A stretch of DNA of 64,000 nucleotides. It comes from an uncultured Gemmatimonadales bacterium (GTDB taxonomy: Bacteria > Gemmatimonadota > Gemmatimonadetes > Longimicrobiales > Gaopeijiaceae). Made by a program: the position numbers and the translations under genes. Below are positions 33,655-44,068 of this stretch, piece after piece. Location of the stretch: NCBI GenBank assembly GCA_963823035.1, contig CAWGKG010000010.1:352001-416000 (forward strand), given 5' to 3'. Under the pieces are notes generated by a model. That model searched no databases and had not been told where the DNA came from. It worked only from the letters and a program-made list of their open reading frames with translations. Position 1 is the stretch's first letter. The number at the start of each line of letters is the position of its first letter.

Positions 33655-33805
33655 GTCGGCCGTGCTCCGATGCGTGGCGATGTGGGACCGCAATGGGGGG
33701 TGACGGCCGGCCAGTGTCAACCGGTGCCGGGTCCGCGGTCGGCGGTGGCCGCGGATTGTGCGTATAGTAGCACTCGTTCACGATGCTGAAGGGGAGGATC
33801 GGGCG

Positions 33806-35782
33806 ATGAGCTCCGAGGGCCATCTGAGTCGAAGGGATCTCCTCCGGGCGCTCGGCGTGAGCACGCTCGCGATGGGGCTCGGGGGACGGGCGGTGGAGGT
33901 CGGGTCGACGCCGCTCCGTCCGGGCCCCCACATGGGCCGCGTGGGGCGCGCCGCCCCCACGCCGGCAGCACGTCCCTTCGCGCTCCGCGACGTTCGCCTC
34001 CTTTCCGGACCGTTTCTCGACGCCCAGCACCGCGACGCAGCCTACCTGATGGCGCTCGACCCCGACCGGATGCTGCACAACTTCCGCACGAACGCGGGGC
34101 TGGAGGCGAAGGCGCCGGTCTACGGCGGGTGGGAGTCGCAGGAGCCCTGGGTCGAGATCCGCTGCCACGGCCATACGCTGGGCCACTGGCTGAGCGCCTG
34201 CGCGTTCATGGCCGCGTCCACGGGTGAGGAGCGCTTCCACCAGGCCGTGGCCTACGCGGTGGACGAGCTGAAGGCCTGCCAGAGCGCCTCGGGGAGCGGT
34301 CTCGTGTGCGCCTTCCCGGACGGGGCCGAGCAGCTCGAGAACGCGGTGGCGGGCCGGCGCATCGTCGGCGTGCCCTGGTACACCATGCACAAGATCTTCG
34401 CCGGGCTGCGCGACGCCCACGTCGAGACCGGCAACGAGGCCGCGCTCGAGGTCCTGGTCGCGCTCTCCGAGTGGACGTGGAACGCCACGCGGTCGACCTC
34501 CGACGAGACGATGCAGCGGATGCTCCGCGTCGAGCACGGCGGGATGAACGAGATCCTCGCGGACGTGCACGTGCTCACCGGCGAGGCGCGCTACCTGGAG
34601 CTGGCCGAGCGGTTCAGCGACCGCTCGCTCCTCGAGCCGCTGGCCGAGGGGAGGGACACGCTCGACGGGCTGCACGCCAACACGCAGATCCCGAAGGTGA
34701 TCGGCTTCCACCGCCTCTACGGGCTCACGGGGAAGCAGGAGTACCTGGACGCCTCGCGCTTCTTCTGGCGCACCGTGGTGGGGGAACGCTCCTTCGTCAC
34801 GGGTGGGCACGGCGACCGGGAGCACTTCTTCCCGCCGCGCGAGTTCCCGGAGCACGTGCACTCCGCGAAGACCATGGAGACGTGCTGCTCCCACAACATG
34901 CTGCGGCTGACGCGGGCGCTCTTCGGTACCGACCCCTCGTCGGACTACGCTGACCACTACGAGCGCGTGCTCTACAACTCCATCCTCGCGTCGCAGGACC
35001 CGGAGTCGGGGTGGAACACCTATTTCCAGCCGACGCGGCCGGGCTACCTGAAGCTCTACCACACGCCCATCGACTCCTTCTGGTGCTGCACGGGCACCGG
35101 GATGGAGAATCACGCCAAGTACGGGGACTCGATCTACTTCGAGGGCGACGACGGTGTGTTCGTGAACCTCTTCGTCCCGTCCGTCCTGACGTGGAGGGAG
35201 CAGGGGCTCACGTTACGTCAGGTCACCGACTTCCCGGAGGGCGACGTGGTCCGCTTCGAGGTGACGGCGGACGCCCCCCGGGCGACCGCGCTCCACCTGC
35301 GGGCGCCCGCCTGGACGAGGGGTGCGACGGTGCACGTCAACGGCGAAGCGTGGAGCGAGACCGCACGGCCGGACGGCTACGTCTCCGTGCGCCGTGACTG
35401 GAGCTCGGGAGACGTGGTCGAGATGCGCCTGCCGATGGGGATGACCACCGAAGCCCTACCCGGCGCTCCCGACCAGGTGGCGTTCGTCTACGGGCCGATC
35501 GTGCTGGCGGGCCGCCTGGGCCGCGACGGGCTCTACCCCGGTGCGGACATCCTGCGCAACGAGCGCACGACGGGGATGATCCTGGAGACGCCCGTCGAGG
35601 TGCCGGTGCTGTCGGGGAGCGCGCAGCGGGTGCGCGAAAGCGTCCGACCGGTGGCCGGCGCGGAGCCGCTCACCTTCGAGACCGTGGGCGTAGGCCGGCC
35701 GCACGACGTCACGCTGATCCCGTATCACAGGATGCACCACGAGCGCTACAGCCTCTACTGGCAGCTCGGGGACGGCGGCTAG
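33806..35782 (+). CDS. GH127/GH146 beta-L-arabinofuranosidase-like glycoside hydrolase, Tat-exported
   Basis: SRRDLL Tat motif, YGGWE, GHTLGHWLSA, EHGGMNE, LHANTQIPK, ETCCSHNML and FWCCTGTGMENH. Confidence 0.92.
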   Translation: MSSEGHLSRRDLLRALGVSTLAMGLGGRAVEVGSTPLRPGPHMGRVGRAAPTPAARPFALRDVRLLSGPFLDAQHRDAAYLMALDPDRMLHNFRTNAGLEAKAPVYGGWESQEPWVEIRCHGHTLGHWLSACAFMAASTGEERFHQAVAYAVDELKACQSASGSGLVCAFPDGAEQLENAVAGRRIVGVPWYTMHKIFAGLRDAHVETGNEAALEVLVALSEWTWNATRSTSDETMQRMLRVEHGGMNEILADVHVLTGEARYLELAERFSDRSLLEPLAEGRDTLDGLHANTQIPKVIGFHRLYGLTGKQEYLDASRFFWRTVVGERSFVTGGHGDREHFFPPREFPEHVHSAKTMETCCSHNMLRLTRALFGTDPSSDYADHYERVLYNSILASQDPESGWNTYFQPTRPGYLKLYHTPIDSFWCCTGTGMENHAKYGDSIYFEGDDGVFVNLFVPSVLTWREQGLTLRQVTDFPEGDVVRFEVTADAPRATALHLRAPAWTRGATVHVNGEAWSETARPDGYVSVRRDWSSGDVVEMRLPMGMTTEALPGAPDQVAFVYGPIVLAGRLGRDGLYPGADILRNERTTGMILETPVEVPVLSGSAQRVRESVRPVAGAEPLTFETVGVGRPHDVTLIPYHRMHHERYSLYWQLGDGG

Positions 35783-35798
35783 GGCATCGACGGACCGC

Positions 35799-38446
35799 TC
35801 ATCCCTCGTTCCTCAGCGAAACGGCCGCGTCGATGCGGGACGCCCTTCGCGCCGGAATCCACGCCGCGACGACGGCGACGGCCAGGAGAAGGAGCGACGC
35901 GCCCAGGAGCGTGCCGAAGTCCGACGCGCCGACCTCGAAAAGGAGCCCCCGCAGGGCGCGTCCGAGCGCGACGGCGACACCGAGTCCGAAGAGCACGCCC
36001 ACCACCGCGATCCCGAGGCCCCGGGCGAGCACGAGGCGCACGAGCGACTCCCGGCGCGCACCCAGCGCCATGCGGATGCCCAGCTCGCGGATCCGCTGCG
36101 ACACGCCGAACGACACGAGCCCGTAGAGTCCGATCGCGGCGAGCACGAGGGCCAGGAAGGCGAAGGCCGCCACGAGCCAACCGATCGTGCGCGTCTCGCC
36201 CATCGAGCGCGACAGGGCGCTGCGCAGATCGACCACGGTCGCGACCGGTAGCTCGGCGTCCGCGTCCGCGACGGCCGAGCGGAGCTCCTGATCGAATCCC
36301 GACGTGCCGCCCGCCACCCGCGCGTGGATGAGCACACGGCTCTGCCAGTTCTGGCTCGCCGGATAGTAGACACCGGGGCGGGGGGGCGCGCGCAGCGAGC
36401 GCATCTGCACGTCGCCGACCACGCCCACCACCCGCCAGCTCGGCTCACCTTCGAGCTCCTTCCCCACGGCGTTCTCGCCCGGCCAGAAGAGGCGCGCCAG
36501 CGACTCGTTCACCACCACCACGCGCTCCGGCTCGTCGTCGAGCCCGCCCAGCGTGCGTCCGGCGAGGAGCGGGATGCCCATCGTCTCGAAGTAGTCCGGC
36601 CCCACGATCGTGTACTCGGCCTCGTAGCCCTCGGCGTCGGGGCGGTCTGCGGGACGGGCGCCCGCCCGGGAGTGGCCGCCCACGATCGGCGTCTGGTTGG
36701 CGAAGGTGGCGCTCCGCACCCCGGGGATCGCGCGGACGCGTTCCAGGATCCTTCCGGCAGCCTCACGCCCGGACCTGGTGTCGTAGCGACCGGTGGGCGC
36801 CAGGTCGGTGAAGCCGACGACGAGCCCGTCGGGATCGAATCCGGGCTCCGACGTGCCGGCGTTGAGCACGCTGCGCCCCAGCAGGGCCGCCCCCGCGACG
36901 AGGCCCAACGACAGCCCGAGCTGCGTCACGACGAGGAGGTCGCGCAGCCGCGTGCGCGCGCGCCCCGCGCCGGCGCGCCCCTCGCGCAGCGTGTCGGAGA
37001 TGTCCCGCCCGGCGGCCGCCCACGCCGGCGCTGCCCCGAAGAGCACGCCGGCCAGAAGGCCGACGCCAGCGAGGAAGAGCCAAACGCGCCCGTCCGCTCC
37101 CACCGACACCGAGAGCGCGAAGGGGAAGAGGAGCGGGAGGAAGCCGCCCGCCGCCCGGACGATGGGAACCGCGAGCAGCGTAGCCAGGACGGCGAGCAGA
37201 AGGCTCTCCGTCACGAGTTGGCGGGTGAGGCGCCGCCGGCCCGCTCCGAGCGCGAGGCGCACGCCCATCTCGGTGGTGCGCGTCGCCCCGCGCGCGAGGA
37301 AGAGGTTCGCGACGTTCGTGCACGTCAGCAGGAGCACGAGCCCGACGATGCCGGTGAGGAGGAGGGAGATGCGCCCCGCCTGCGCGCGATCCTCCGGATC
37401 GAGACCCACGCCCTCGGAGAGGAGCACCCGGATGTCCTCGTTCGTACTCGCGGCCTCGCGCAGCCGGGCGGTCACCACGTTCATGGAGGCACGCGCCTCC
37501 TCGAAGGTGACGCCGTCGCGCATGCGGCCGATCGCGTTGATCCAGCTCCATCCCCACTGCTCGAACGGCAACTCGCCCAGGTAGCCGGGGGTCTGCATCG
37601 CGGGCACCCACAGCTGCGGGGCACCGCCGATCGAGGAGGGGCCGGTGAAGCCGGGCGGCGCCACGCCCACCACCTCGTAGGGCTTCGACCCGACCGCGAT
37701 GGTACGCCCCACGATGTCCGGGTCGGCGCCGAAGTGACGTGTCCAGTACGCGTGGCTGAGCACCACCACCGGGTGCCCGCCCGGCGTCACGTCGTCGGAG
37801 GGCTGCAGCAGGCGGCCGAGGAAGGGCCGCACCCCGAGCACGTCGAAGAACTCCCCGCTCACGAACTGGCCGGGCACCTGCTCCGTGTCCGCCCCGCGTC
37901 CGACCACGAGCGCGTCGTCCGACCACCCGGCGACGCCCGAAAGCGTACGCGCCTCACGCCCGATGAGCTTCAGCGCCGGCCACGACCAGTTGTCCCACCG
38001 CGGCGCCTGGTCGTAGCTGCGCGCGACCTGGACGAGCCGTTCCGGCTCCCGGATCGCCGGCGGGCGGGCGGAGCATCAGCCCGTTCACGAGCGAGAAGAT
38101 CGACGCGTTCGCGCCGATGCCGAGCGCGAGCGTGAGCGCCGCCACGAGCGTGAAGCCGGGCGCGCGCCGGAAGATGCGCGACCGCGTAGCGGAGATCCTG
38201 GAGAACGCTGTCCATCGTCCACTCCTCCTTCCTCATCCACACCGCATGCGGAACGGCACCCGGCGACGAACCCGATCCAACCCGGGTACGCCTGTCCCCG
38301 CCCACCGTCTCGCCGCACCCGCGCGAGCGCCTCGACCTCTCCCTCCCACTCCTCCAGCCACTCCCTCCGCCGATGCGGGCGGGACGACCCGCGACAGGCC
38401 GCGCAGGACCGCCAGGGCCCACCGCGGCGCGCCACGGCCTGCTCAT
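35799..38446 (-). CDS. ADOP-family (duplicated MacB/FtsX-type) ABC permease (several apparent frameshifts at 37950-38400)
   Basis: [65 protein letters not shown] and [11 protein letters not shown]-terminal extension from ATG at 38446. Confidence 0.88.
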
Positions 38447-38758
38447 CCGGCCCTGGTGGCCCGGCGCCGCGCGCAGCTCCGCCGCCGCCTGCGCGATGCG
38501 CTCCGCCCCGGCCGCGAGGGCGCGAGCGCCCTCGGCGCTCAGCTCGTAGTAGCGCCGGCGTGGCCGCCCCTCGCGCTCCGCCACCCGCTGGTCCTCCCAG
38601 CGGGCCACCACCAGCCCGCTCCGCTTGAGGCGGGCCAGCGTCGGGTAGACCGTGCCCGAGGGCAGGCCGGTCCGCGCCACCAGGTCGAGCCCGTAGGCGT
38701 CGCCGTCCCGCACGGCGGCGAGGATGCGCAGGGAGGTCAGGCCGAGGGGGCGTGGCAT
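38443..38758 (-). CDS. PadR-family transcriptional regulator
   Basis: [17 protein letters not shown] and [14 protein letters not shown]; typical partner upstream of ADOP permeases. The stop is inferred at the ATGA overlap and needs one indel. Confidence 0.85.
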
Positions 38759-38901
38759 CGCTCTTCCTGGGTAGAAGTGTAAGGTACGTAGCATTGATAC
38801 TCTTGGACCCACCCGCGACGCAAAGGGTTGCACGGGGGGAACCGGTCACGTGGGGAGCGTGTTTCAGGCGGGTGTGGACGGACCTTCCCGGGAGGTGTCA
38901 G

Positions 38902-39492
38902 GTGGGCGAGCGCGTCGAGAAGACGGACCAGGAGTGGCGCGAGCAGTTGAGCGACGAGGAGTACCAGGTGCTGAGGAAGAAGGGCACCGAGCGGGCCTTC
39001 ACCGGTCGCTACTGGAACGAGAAGTCGGACGGCATCTATCGGTGCAGGGGATGCGGCGCCGAGCTCTTCTCCTCGGAGACGAAATACGATTCCGGGTGCG
39101 GGTGGCCGTCCTTCTATCAGCCGCTCGACGAGGCCAACGTCGAGACGCTGCGGGACCTCAGCCACATGATGGTGCGCACCGAGGTGGTGTGCGCCCGATG
39201 CGGCGGGCATCTGGGACACGTCTTCCCGGACGGGCCCCGCCCGACCGGTCAGCGCTACTGCATCAACTCGGCGTCGATCGATCTGGAGCGCACCGAGGCG
39301 GACGCGGCCGGGGCGCGCGCCGGAAGCCGCCGCGAAGGCCGAGGGCGGCGAGGGACGCTAGGCCCGCCATGTCGTCGGACCGACCCGCTCCGCGAGGTAC
39401 AACAGGGTGGGGGCTTCTTCTACCTTTGGGCGCCGATGCGGGCTCCCGCCGGGGGCCCGGTGGAACCGACCCGACGTCCGGAGCGCGCTTGA
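38902..39492 (+). CDS. msrB: peptide-methionine (R)-S-oxide reductase (true stop probably near 39300-39360)
   Basis: [41 protein letters not shown] and RYCINS. The tail after ~39300 looks out of frame. Confidence 0.93.
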   Translation: MGERVEKTDQEWREQLSDEEYQVLRKKGTERAFTGRYWNEKSDGIYRCRGCGAELFSSETKYDSGCGWPSFYQPLDEANVETLRDLSHMMVRTEVVCARCGGHLGHVFPDGPRPTGQRYCINSASIDLERTEADAAGARAGSRREGRGRRGTLGPPCRRTDPLREVQQGGGFFYLWAPMRAPAGGPVEPTRRPERA

Positions 39493-40109
39493 GCCGACTC
39501 TCTCGCCCCGTCCCCAGGCCGACGCGCCTGCTGGTGACGATCGTCGTCGTGGGCCTCGGAGCCTGCGCGCGCCGCGCGCCGCCGCCCGAGCCCGGCACGT
39601 CGCAGGGCACGCCTCCCGACCTGCGCGGCAGCCGCGTCATGGTGCTTCCCACGCAGGACAACCGCGGCGTCGCGGGAGACGTGGACGCCGAGTTGGCGTT
39701 CGGCCTGAACGAGCGCGGGAAGGGCGTCGAGTGGATCCTGCCCGCGAAGCTGCAGGACGCGGTCGACCGCTCCCCGGGACTGAACGCGACCCTGCGCGGG
39801 CTTCCGGTCGGCACCTTCGAGGCCGCCGAGGTGCGCCGCGTGGGCGACCCGCTCTACGGCGAGCTGCGCAGGTTGGGCGCCCTGGTGGACGGTGAGGTGG
39901 CGCTGATCCCCGTTAGCGCCGCACCGCAGCCGGATTCCACCGGGGCCTTCACGGTGCGCCTCACCACGGCGCTCGTTCACGTACGCTCGGGACGGGTTCT
40001 CTGGTTCGGGGTCGCGGAGGGAGACGCGGGACCGCCGGACGATCCCCGTGCCCTCGCGTCGGCCGTGGACCGACTGGCTCGGACGTTGCTGTGGTACGCC
40101 GGCGGATGA
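39489..40109 (+). CDS. hypothetical lipoprotein
   Basis: [13 protein letters not shown] lipobox; globular C-terminal region ([11 protein letters not shown]). Start uncertain. Confidence 0.65.
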   Translation: MSRLSRPVPRPTRLLVTIVVVGLGACARRAPPPEPGTSQGTPPDLRGSRVMVLPTQDNRGVAGDVDAELAFGLNERGKGVEWILPAKLQDAVDRSPGLNATLRGLPVGTFEAAEVRRVGDPLYGELRRLGALVDGEVALIPVSAAPQPDSTGAFTVRLTTALVHVRSGRVLWFGVAEGDAGPPDDPRALASAVDRLARTLLWYAGG

Positions 40110-40138
40110 CCGCGTCGCGTCGCGTCCCGGAGGCATGG

Positions 40139-40669
40139 ATGAAGATCGACAAGGGGATAGGAGCCCGGCTCCCGCGTGCGCTCGTGGTCGCGCTCTCGGC
40201 CTGGGCGTTCGTCGCGTGCGGTCCGCAGACCGAGGCCGTGATGCCCTCGGCGGCGGAAGTCGCCGCGTACTATTCGTACGAGGGTGGCGTGAAGGCCGCG
40301 CTCAACGGGAACGTCGCGGAGATCACCGTGGCGCAGCCGGCCAACCAGCTCCGACGCGGCGGGGCGCTGTGGGCCAAGGTGGGACCCTACATCCTCCTCT
40401 TCTCCGACGAGACGCGCCACCTGCTGGACGAGAACCCGGCGGTGGCCGGCGTGCGCATCATCACCACCGTGGCCGGCGGCCCCGAGGTGGCGCGGGCGCT
40501 CGTGTCGCGCACGGAGCTCTCCGACCTCCAATGGCGGCGGGCGCTCAACATCGCCGGCCGGGCGCGCAAGGAGGGGACCGAGCGCCCCACCCTTCTCGAA
40601 GACCTGGTGCGTTGGGGCGAGGAGCACACCGAGTACGAGTACAACCGGCGCTTCACGAGCCCGCGGTAG
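40139..40669 (+). CDS. hypothetical lipoprotein
   Basis: LSAWAFVAC lipobox, GGAGG RBS and coherent composition. Confidence 0.72.
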   Translation: MKIDKGIGARLPRALVVALSAWAFVACGPQTEAVMPSAAEVAAYYSYEGGVKAALNGNVAEITVAQPANQLRRGGALWAKVGPYILLFSDETRHLLDENPAVAGVRIITTVAGGPEVARALVSRTELSDLQWRRALNIAGRARKEGTERPTLLEDLVRWGEEHTEYEYNRRFTSPR

Positions 40670-40703
40670 CCGGTAGACGCCGGTTCTCCGGAAGGAGTGA
40701 CGC

Positions 40704-41717
40704 ATGAGCACCACGATCACGGTCATCCCGGGCGACGGGATCGGCCCCGAGGTGACGGACGCAACGCTCCGGGTGCTGCGCGCCGCCGGCGCCCACCTCG
40801 AGTACGACGAGCGTCCCGCCGGGATGGGCGCGCTCCAGCGCCTGGGCGATCCGCTTCCCCAGGAGACGCTCGACTCCATCCGCGCGAACCGGGTCGTGCT
40901 CAAGGGTCCCCTGACCACGCCCTCGGGAACGGGCTTCCGTTCGATCAACGTGGCCATCCGCAAGGAGTTCGACCTCTACGCGAACGTGCGGCCCGTGCGC
41001 ACGATCGTTCCGGGCGGCCGCTACGAGGACATCGACCTCGTGCTCATCCGCGAGAACACCGAGGGGCTCTACGTCGGCGTCGAGCACTACATCGGGATGG
41101 ACGGCGACCCGCGCGCCGCGGCCGAGTCGGTGATGATCATCACCCGCTTCGGCGCGGAGCGTATCAGCCGCTACGCCTTCGAGTACGCGAGGAAGCAGGG
41201 CCGGCGGAAGGTCACGCTCGCGCACAAGGCGAACATCCTGAAGTACACGCAGGGGCTCTTCCTGGACGTCGCGCACGAGGTGGCCAAGGAGTACCCGGAC
41301 ATCGAGTGGGAGGACCGCATCATCGACGCGACGGCGATGCAGCTCGTGCTGGATCCCTACCGCTTCGACGTGCTCGTCATGGAGAACATGTTCGGCGACA
41401 TCCTCTCCGACCTCATGGCGGGGCTGGTGGGCGGGCTCGGCTTCGCGCCCGCGGGCAACATCGGCGACGAGGGCGCGATGTTCGAGGCCGTGCACGGCTC
41501 GGCCCCGGACATCGCGGGGAAGGGGATCGCCAACCCGACCAGCCTGCTCCTCTCCGCGTGCATGCTGCTCGACCACGTCGACCAGCAGGATACGGCCGAC
41601 CGCATCCGGGCGGCCGTCATGACCGTGGCGCAGGGAGGGCTCGCGCGCACCGTCGACATGGGCGGGCCCAGCACCACGACGGAATTCGCGGACGCTCTGA
41701 TCCGGGCGCTGGACTGA
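40704..41717 (+). CDS. isocitrate/isopropylmalate dehydrogenase family protein (NAD-IDH-like)
   Basis: IPGDGIGPEV, DLYANVRP, RENTEGLY, HKANI, NMFGDILSD and FEAVHGSAPDIAG. Confidence 0.93.
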   Translation: MSTTITVIPGDGIGPEVTDATLRVLRAAGAHLEYDERPAGMGALQRLGDPLPQETLDSIRANRVVLKGPLTTPSGTGFRSINVAIRKEFDLYANVRPVRTIVPGGRYEDIDLVLIRENTEGLYVGVEHYIGMDGDPRAAAESVMIITRFGAERISRYAFEYARKQGRRKVTLAHKANILKYTQGLFLDVAHEVAKEYPDIEWEDRIIDATAMQLVLDPYRFDVLVMENMFGDILSDLMAGLVGGLGFAPAGNIGDEGAMFEAVHGSAPDIAGKGIANPTSLLLSACMLLDHVDQQDTADRIRAAVMTVAQGGLARTVDMGGPSTTTEFADALIRALD

Positions 41718-41723
41718 GGGCGC

Positions 41724-42086
41724 ATGGTGGAGCGTCCCTTCTCCCGCACGAACGACGTGGATCCGCTGCCGTGCACCCGGTGCGGCGAGCCCCACGACCC
41801 CATGGAGCTCGATCGTCTGCTCTGGTGTGAGCGTTGCCGCCTGGTCGCGCGCAACGAGGCGGGGTGGTGGGGATGGGGGATCGGCCTGGCCTTCGCGGCC
41901 GGCGTCGTAGCGTACGTCTGGGGCGTGGTGCACCCGACGGACCTGGTCATCGGCGGGTGGGTGGCGACCGTCGTGGCCGCCGCCTGGATCGGCGCGAAGG
42001 TCGGGCGCGAGCTCGTCTTCGGCGTGATGCGCGCCCGTGCGAAGCCCGGGGGCGCCGAGCCACCGGGACGCACCCGGGACGACTGA
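41724..42086 (+). CDS. small membrane protein with two CxxC motifs
   Basis: CTRC...CERC followed by two TM helices. Confidence 0.7.
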   Translation: MVERPFSRTNDVDPLPCTRCGEPHDPMELDRLLWCERCRLVARNEAGWWGWGIGLAFAAGVVAYVWGVVHPTDLVIGGWVATVVAAAWIGAKVGRELVFGVMRARAKPGGAEPPGRTRDD

Positions 42087-42224
42087 GGTCGTTCCCCGGA
42101 CGTTTCAGGGCGCTTCCCGGCGTTTCCTGAAACGGTACCGTGAAGGCGGCTCCGCGCCGCTCCGCCGCGGAAAACCCCACAGCGGCAAAGGGTCCCGCGG
42201 ACCGGGGCCCGCCCGCGCGCGCCG

Positions 42225-42239
42225 TGGCACGGAGGTTGT
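42225..42239 (+). promoter_or_regulatory. sigma-54 (-24/-12) promoter upstream of sensor kinase
   Basis: TGGCAC-GGAGG-TTGT, one mismatch to TGGCAC-N5-TTGC. Confidence 0.55.
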
Positions 42240-42310
42240 TTCTGCACCAGGCGGGATGCCGTACCTTCGCGTCGGGATCCCGAGTCCTTTCCCCCATCCG
42301 AGTCCGGTCC

Positions 42311-44068
42311 GTGCGCCTACCCCTCCTGATCGCCCTCCTCCTCCTGCTGGCGGCGGCCCTCGCGGCCTCGCTCGTGCCCGCGGGGGTCGCGCTGGATCGC
42401 CGCGTCGCGGCCGAGTTGCGCCGGACGGCGGTGGAGGACCTGGGACGCGCGCCGATGATCCTCGAGGACAGCAACGCCGGGCGCGCGCAGGTGCTGTCGA
42501 TGCACGCGGCCACCGTGGCCGGCGTGGACGGCATGCTCGACGCGGTGAGCCGTGGGAATCTCGACCGGGCCGCCTCGCTCGCGCGCGGCGCGGCCGCGAT
42601 GTACGGCGAGCAGCCGGTCGTGGTCTCGAAGGAGGGCTCGGTGTTCGTCGGGCCCGGCATCGCCGACAACGTCCTCGCCGCCTTGCGCCGCGGGGAGAGC
42701 CAGGTCGAGTACATCTACCAGGACGGGATGCCGCGCGCGGTCGGGCTGGTTGCGCTCCGGAACGGAGACGTATGGGTGGGCGCCGTCGGCTCGGAGCGCC
42801 TCCTCGACTCCACCCTCGCCACCACGCTCGCGGCGCTCGCGCGTGCGGACGTCACCCTGATCGGGGCCGACGGGGCGCTGGTCGGATCGACGCTGGACTC
42901 CCTGGACGCACGCGCCCTCGGCGCCGCGATGCGGGAGGGGCGAGGCGAGCCCGAGACCGAGAAGGTGCGCACGATCGCCCTGGGCGGCGAGCAGCTCTGG
43001 GTGGCCGGGGGAACGCTGGGCCAGGCCGCGACGGTGCTCTTCAGCCGCTCGGTTTCGCAGGAGCTGGCGGCGCTTCCCGGCGTCCGTCGGGGCGCGCTGC
43101 TCGCCGGGCTCCTCACGCTCGGACTGGCGCTGGCCGTGGGTACGCTCGTGGCCGTGGGGCTCGCACGCCCGGTCCGTGGGCTCGCGCAGGCGGCGGACCG
43201 TGTCTCCGAGGGCGACTTCGACGCGCCCGTGCCCCACTCGCGCATCGAGGAGATCGACCGCCTGGGCCGCGCCTTCCGCACCATGCGCGAGAACCTGCGC
43301 GGGCGGCTGGAGGAGCTCGCGGAGGCCAACCGGGAGCTGGAGGACCGGCAGCAGCGCCTTCGCGACCTGCAGGCCGAGCTCATCCGCCAGGATCGACTGG
43401 CGTCGAGCGCGCGCATGGCGGCCGAGCTGGCACACGAGATCCGCAACCCGGTGGCCAACGTGCGCAACTGCCTCGAGGTGGTGCGCCGGGGACTCCCGGA
43501 CGGGAGCGAGGGCTCGCGCTTCGCGGACATGGCGATCGACGAGCTGCTGCGCATGCACGAGTTGGCGGAGAACCTCCTCGACCTCAACCGACCGAGCGAT
43601 CCTTCCCAGGGCACGTGCGACCCCGTGGCGGTGGCCGGCCAGGTGGCCACGCTGGTGGGCGTCGGTGAGGCGCCCGTGCCCGTCACGATCCGCTCGGGGG
43701 CGCCGGCCACCGTGCGCATGGCAGTGCCTCCCGATGCGCTCAAGCAGATCCTGTTCAACCTGGTCGAGAACGCGAGAGAGGCGACCGGTGGCCGCGACGG
43801 CATCGAGATCCACGTCGCCACGATCCCGGGCGCGGTACGTCTCGAGGTGCTCGACCGCGGGCCCGGGATCTCCGAGGACGCGCTCCCGCAGCTCTTCGAT
43901 CCGTTCTTCACCACCAAGCACGCGGTGCACGGCGTCGGGCTCGGCCTCTTCGTCGCCGAGGGTCTGATCCGTCGCTACGGTGGCCGCATGCACGCCTCGA
44001 ACCGCGAGGACGGGCCGGGTGCCCGCTTCCGCATCGAGGCGCCACGGGCCGCGGGGGAACCGTCATGA
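42311..44068 (+). CDS. membrane sensor histidine kinase (Cache-like periplasmic region, HAMP)
   Basis: Two TMs, HAMP, H-box ELAHEIRNPV, NLVENA, DRGPGI, FDPFFTTK and GVGLGL. Confidence 0.92.
   Translation: MRLPLLIALLLLLAAALAASLVPAGVALDRRVAAELRRTAVEDLGRAPMILEDSNAGRAQVLSMHAATVAGVDGMLDAVSRGNLDRAASLARGAAAMYGEQPVVVSKEGSVFVGPGIADNVLAALRRGESQVEYIYQDGMPRAVGLVALRNGDVWVGAVGSERLLDSTLATTLAALARADVTLIGADGALVGSTLDSLDARALGAAMREGRGEPETEKVRTIALGGEQLWVAGGTLGQAATVLFSRSVSQELAALPGVRRGALLAGLLTLGLALAVGTLVAVGLARPVRGLAQAADRVSEGDFDAPVPHSRIEEIDRLGRAFRTMRENLRGRLEELAEANRELEDRQQRLRDLQAELIRQDRLASSARMAAELAHEIRNPVANVRNCLEVVRRGLPDGSEGSRFADMAIDELLRMHELAENLLDLNRPSDPSQGTCDPVAVAGQVATLVGVGEAPVPVTIRSGAPATVRMAVPPDALKQILFNLVENAREATGGRDGIEIHVATIPGAVRLEVLDRGPGISEDALPQLFDPFFTTKHAVHGVGLGLFVAEGLIRRYGGRMHASNREDGPGARFRIEAPRAAGEPS

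Noticed and set aside
37970..38833. PadR-permease fusion ORF
   Set aside because: The ATGA overlap at 38443-38446 and several nearby indels favour the usual separate PadR and ADOP genes.
40704..41717. Assignment as leuB or homoisocitrate dehydrogenase forming a pathway with the LeuA-like gene
   Set aside because: The genes are 28 kb apart and family motifs alone do not fix the substrate, so it was left at family level.
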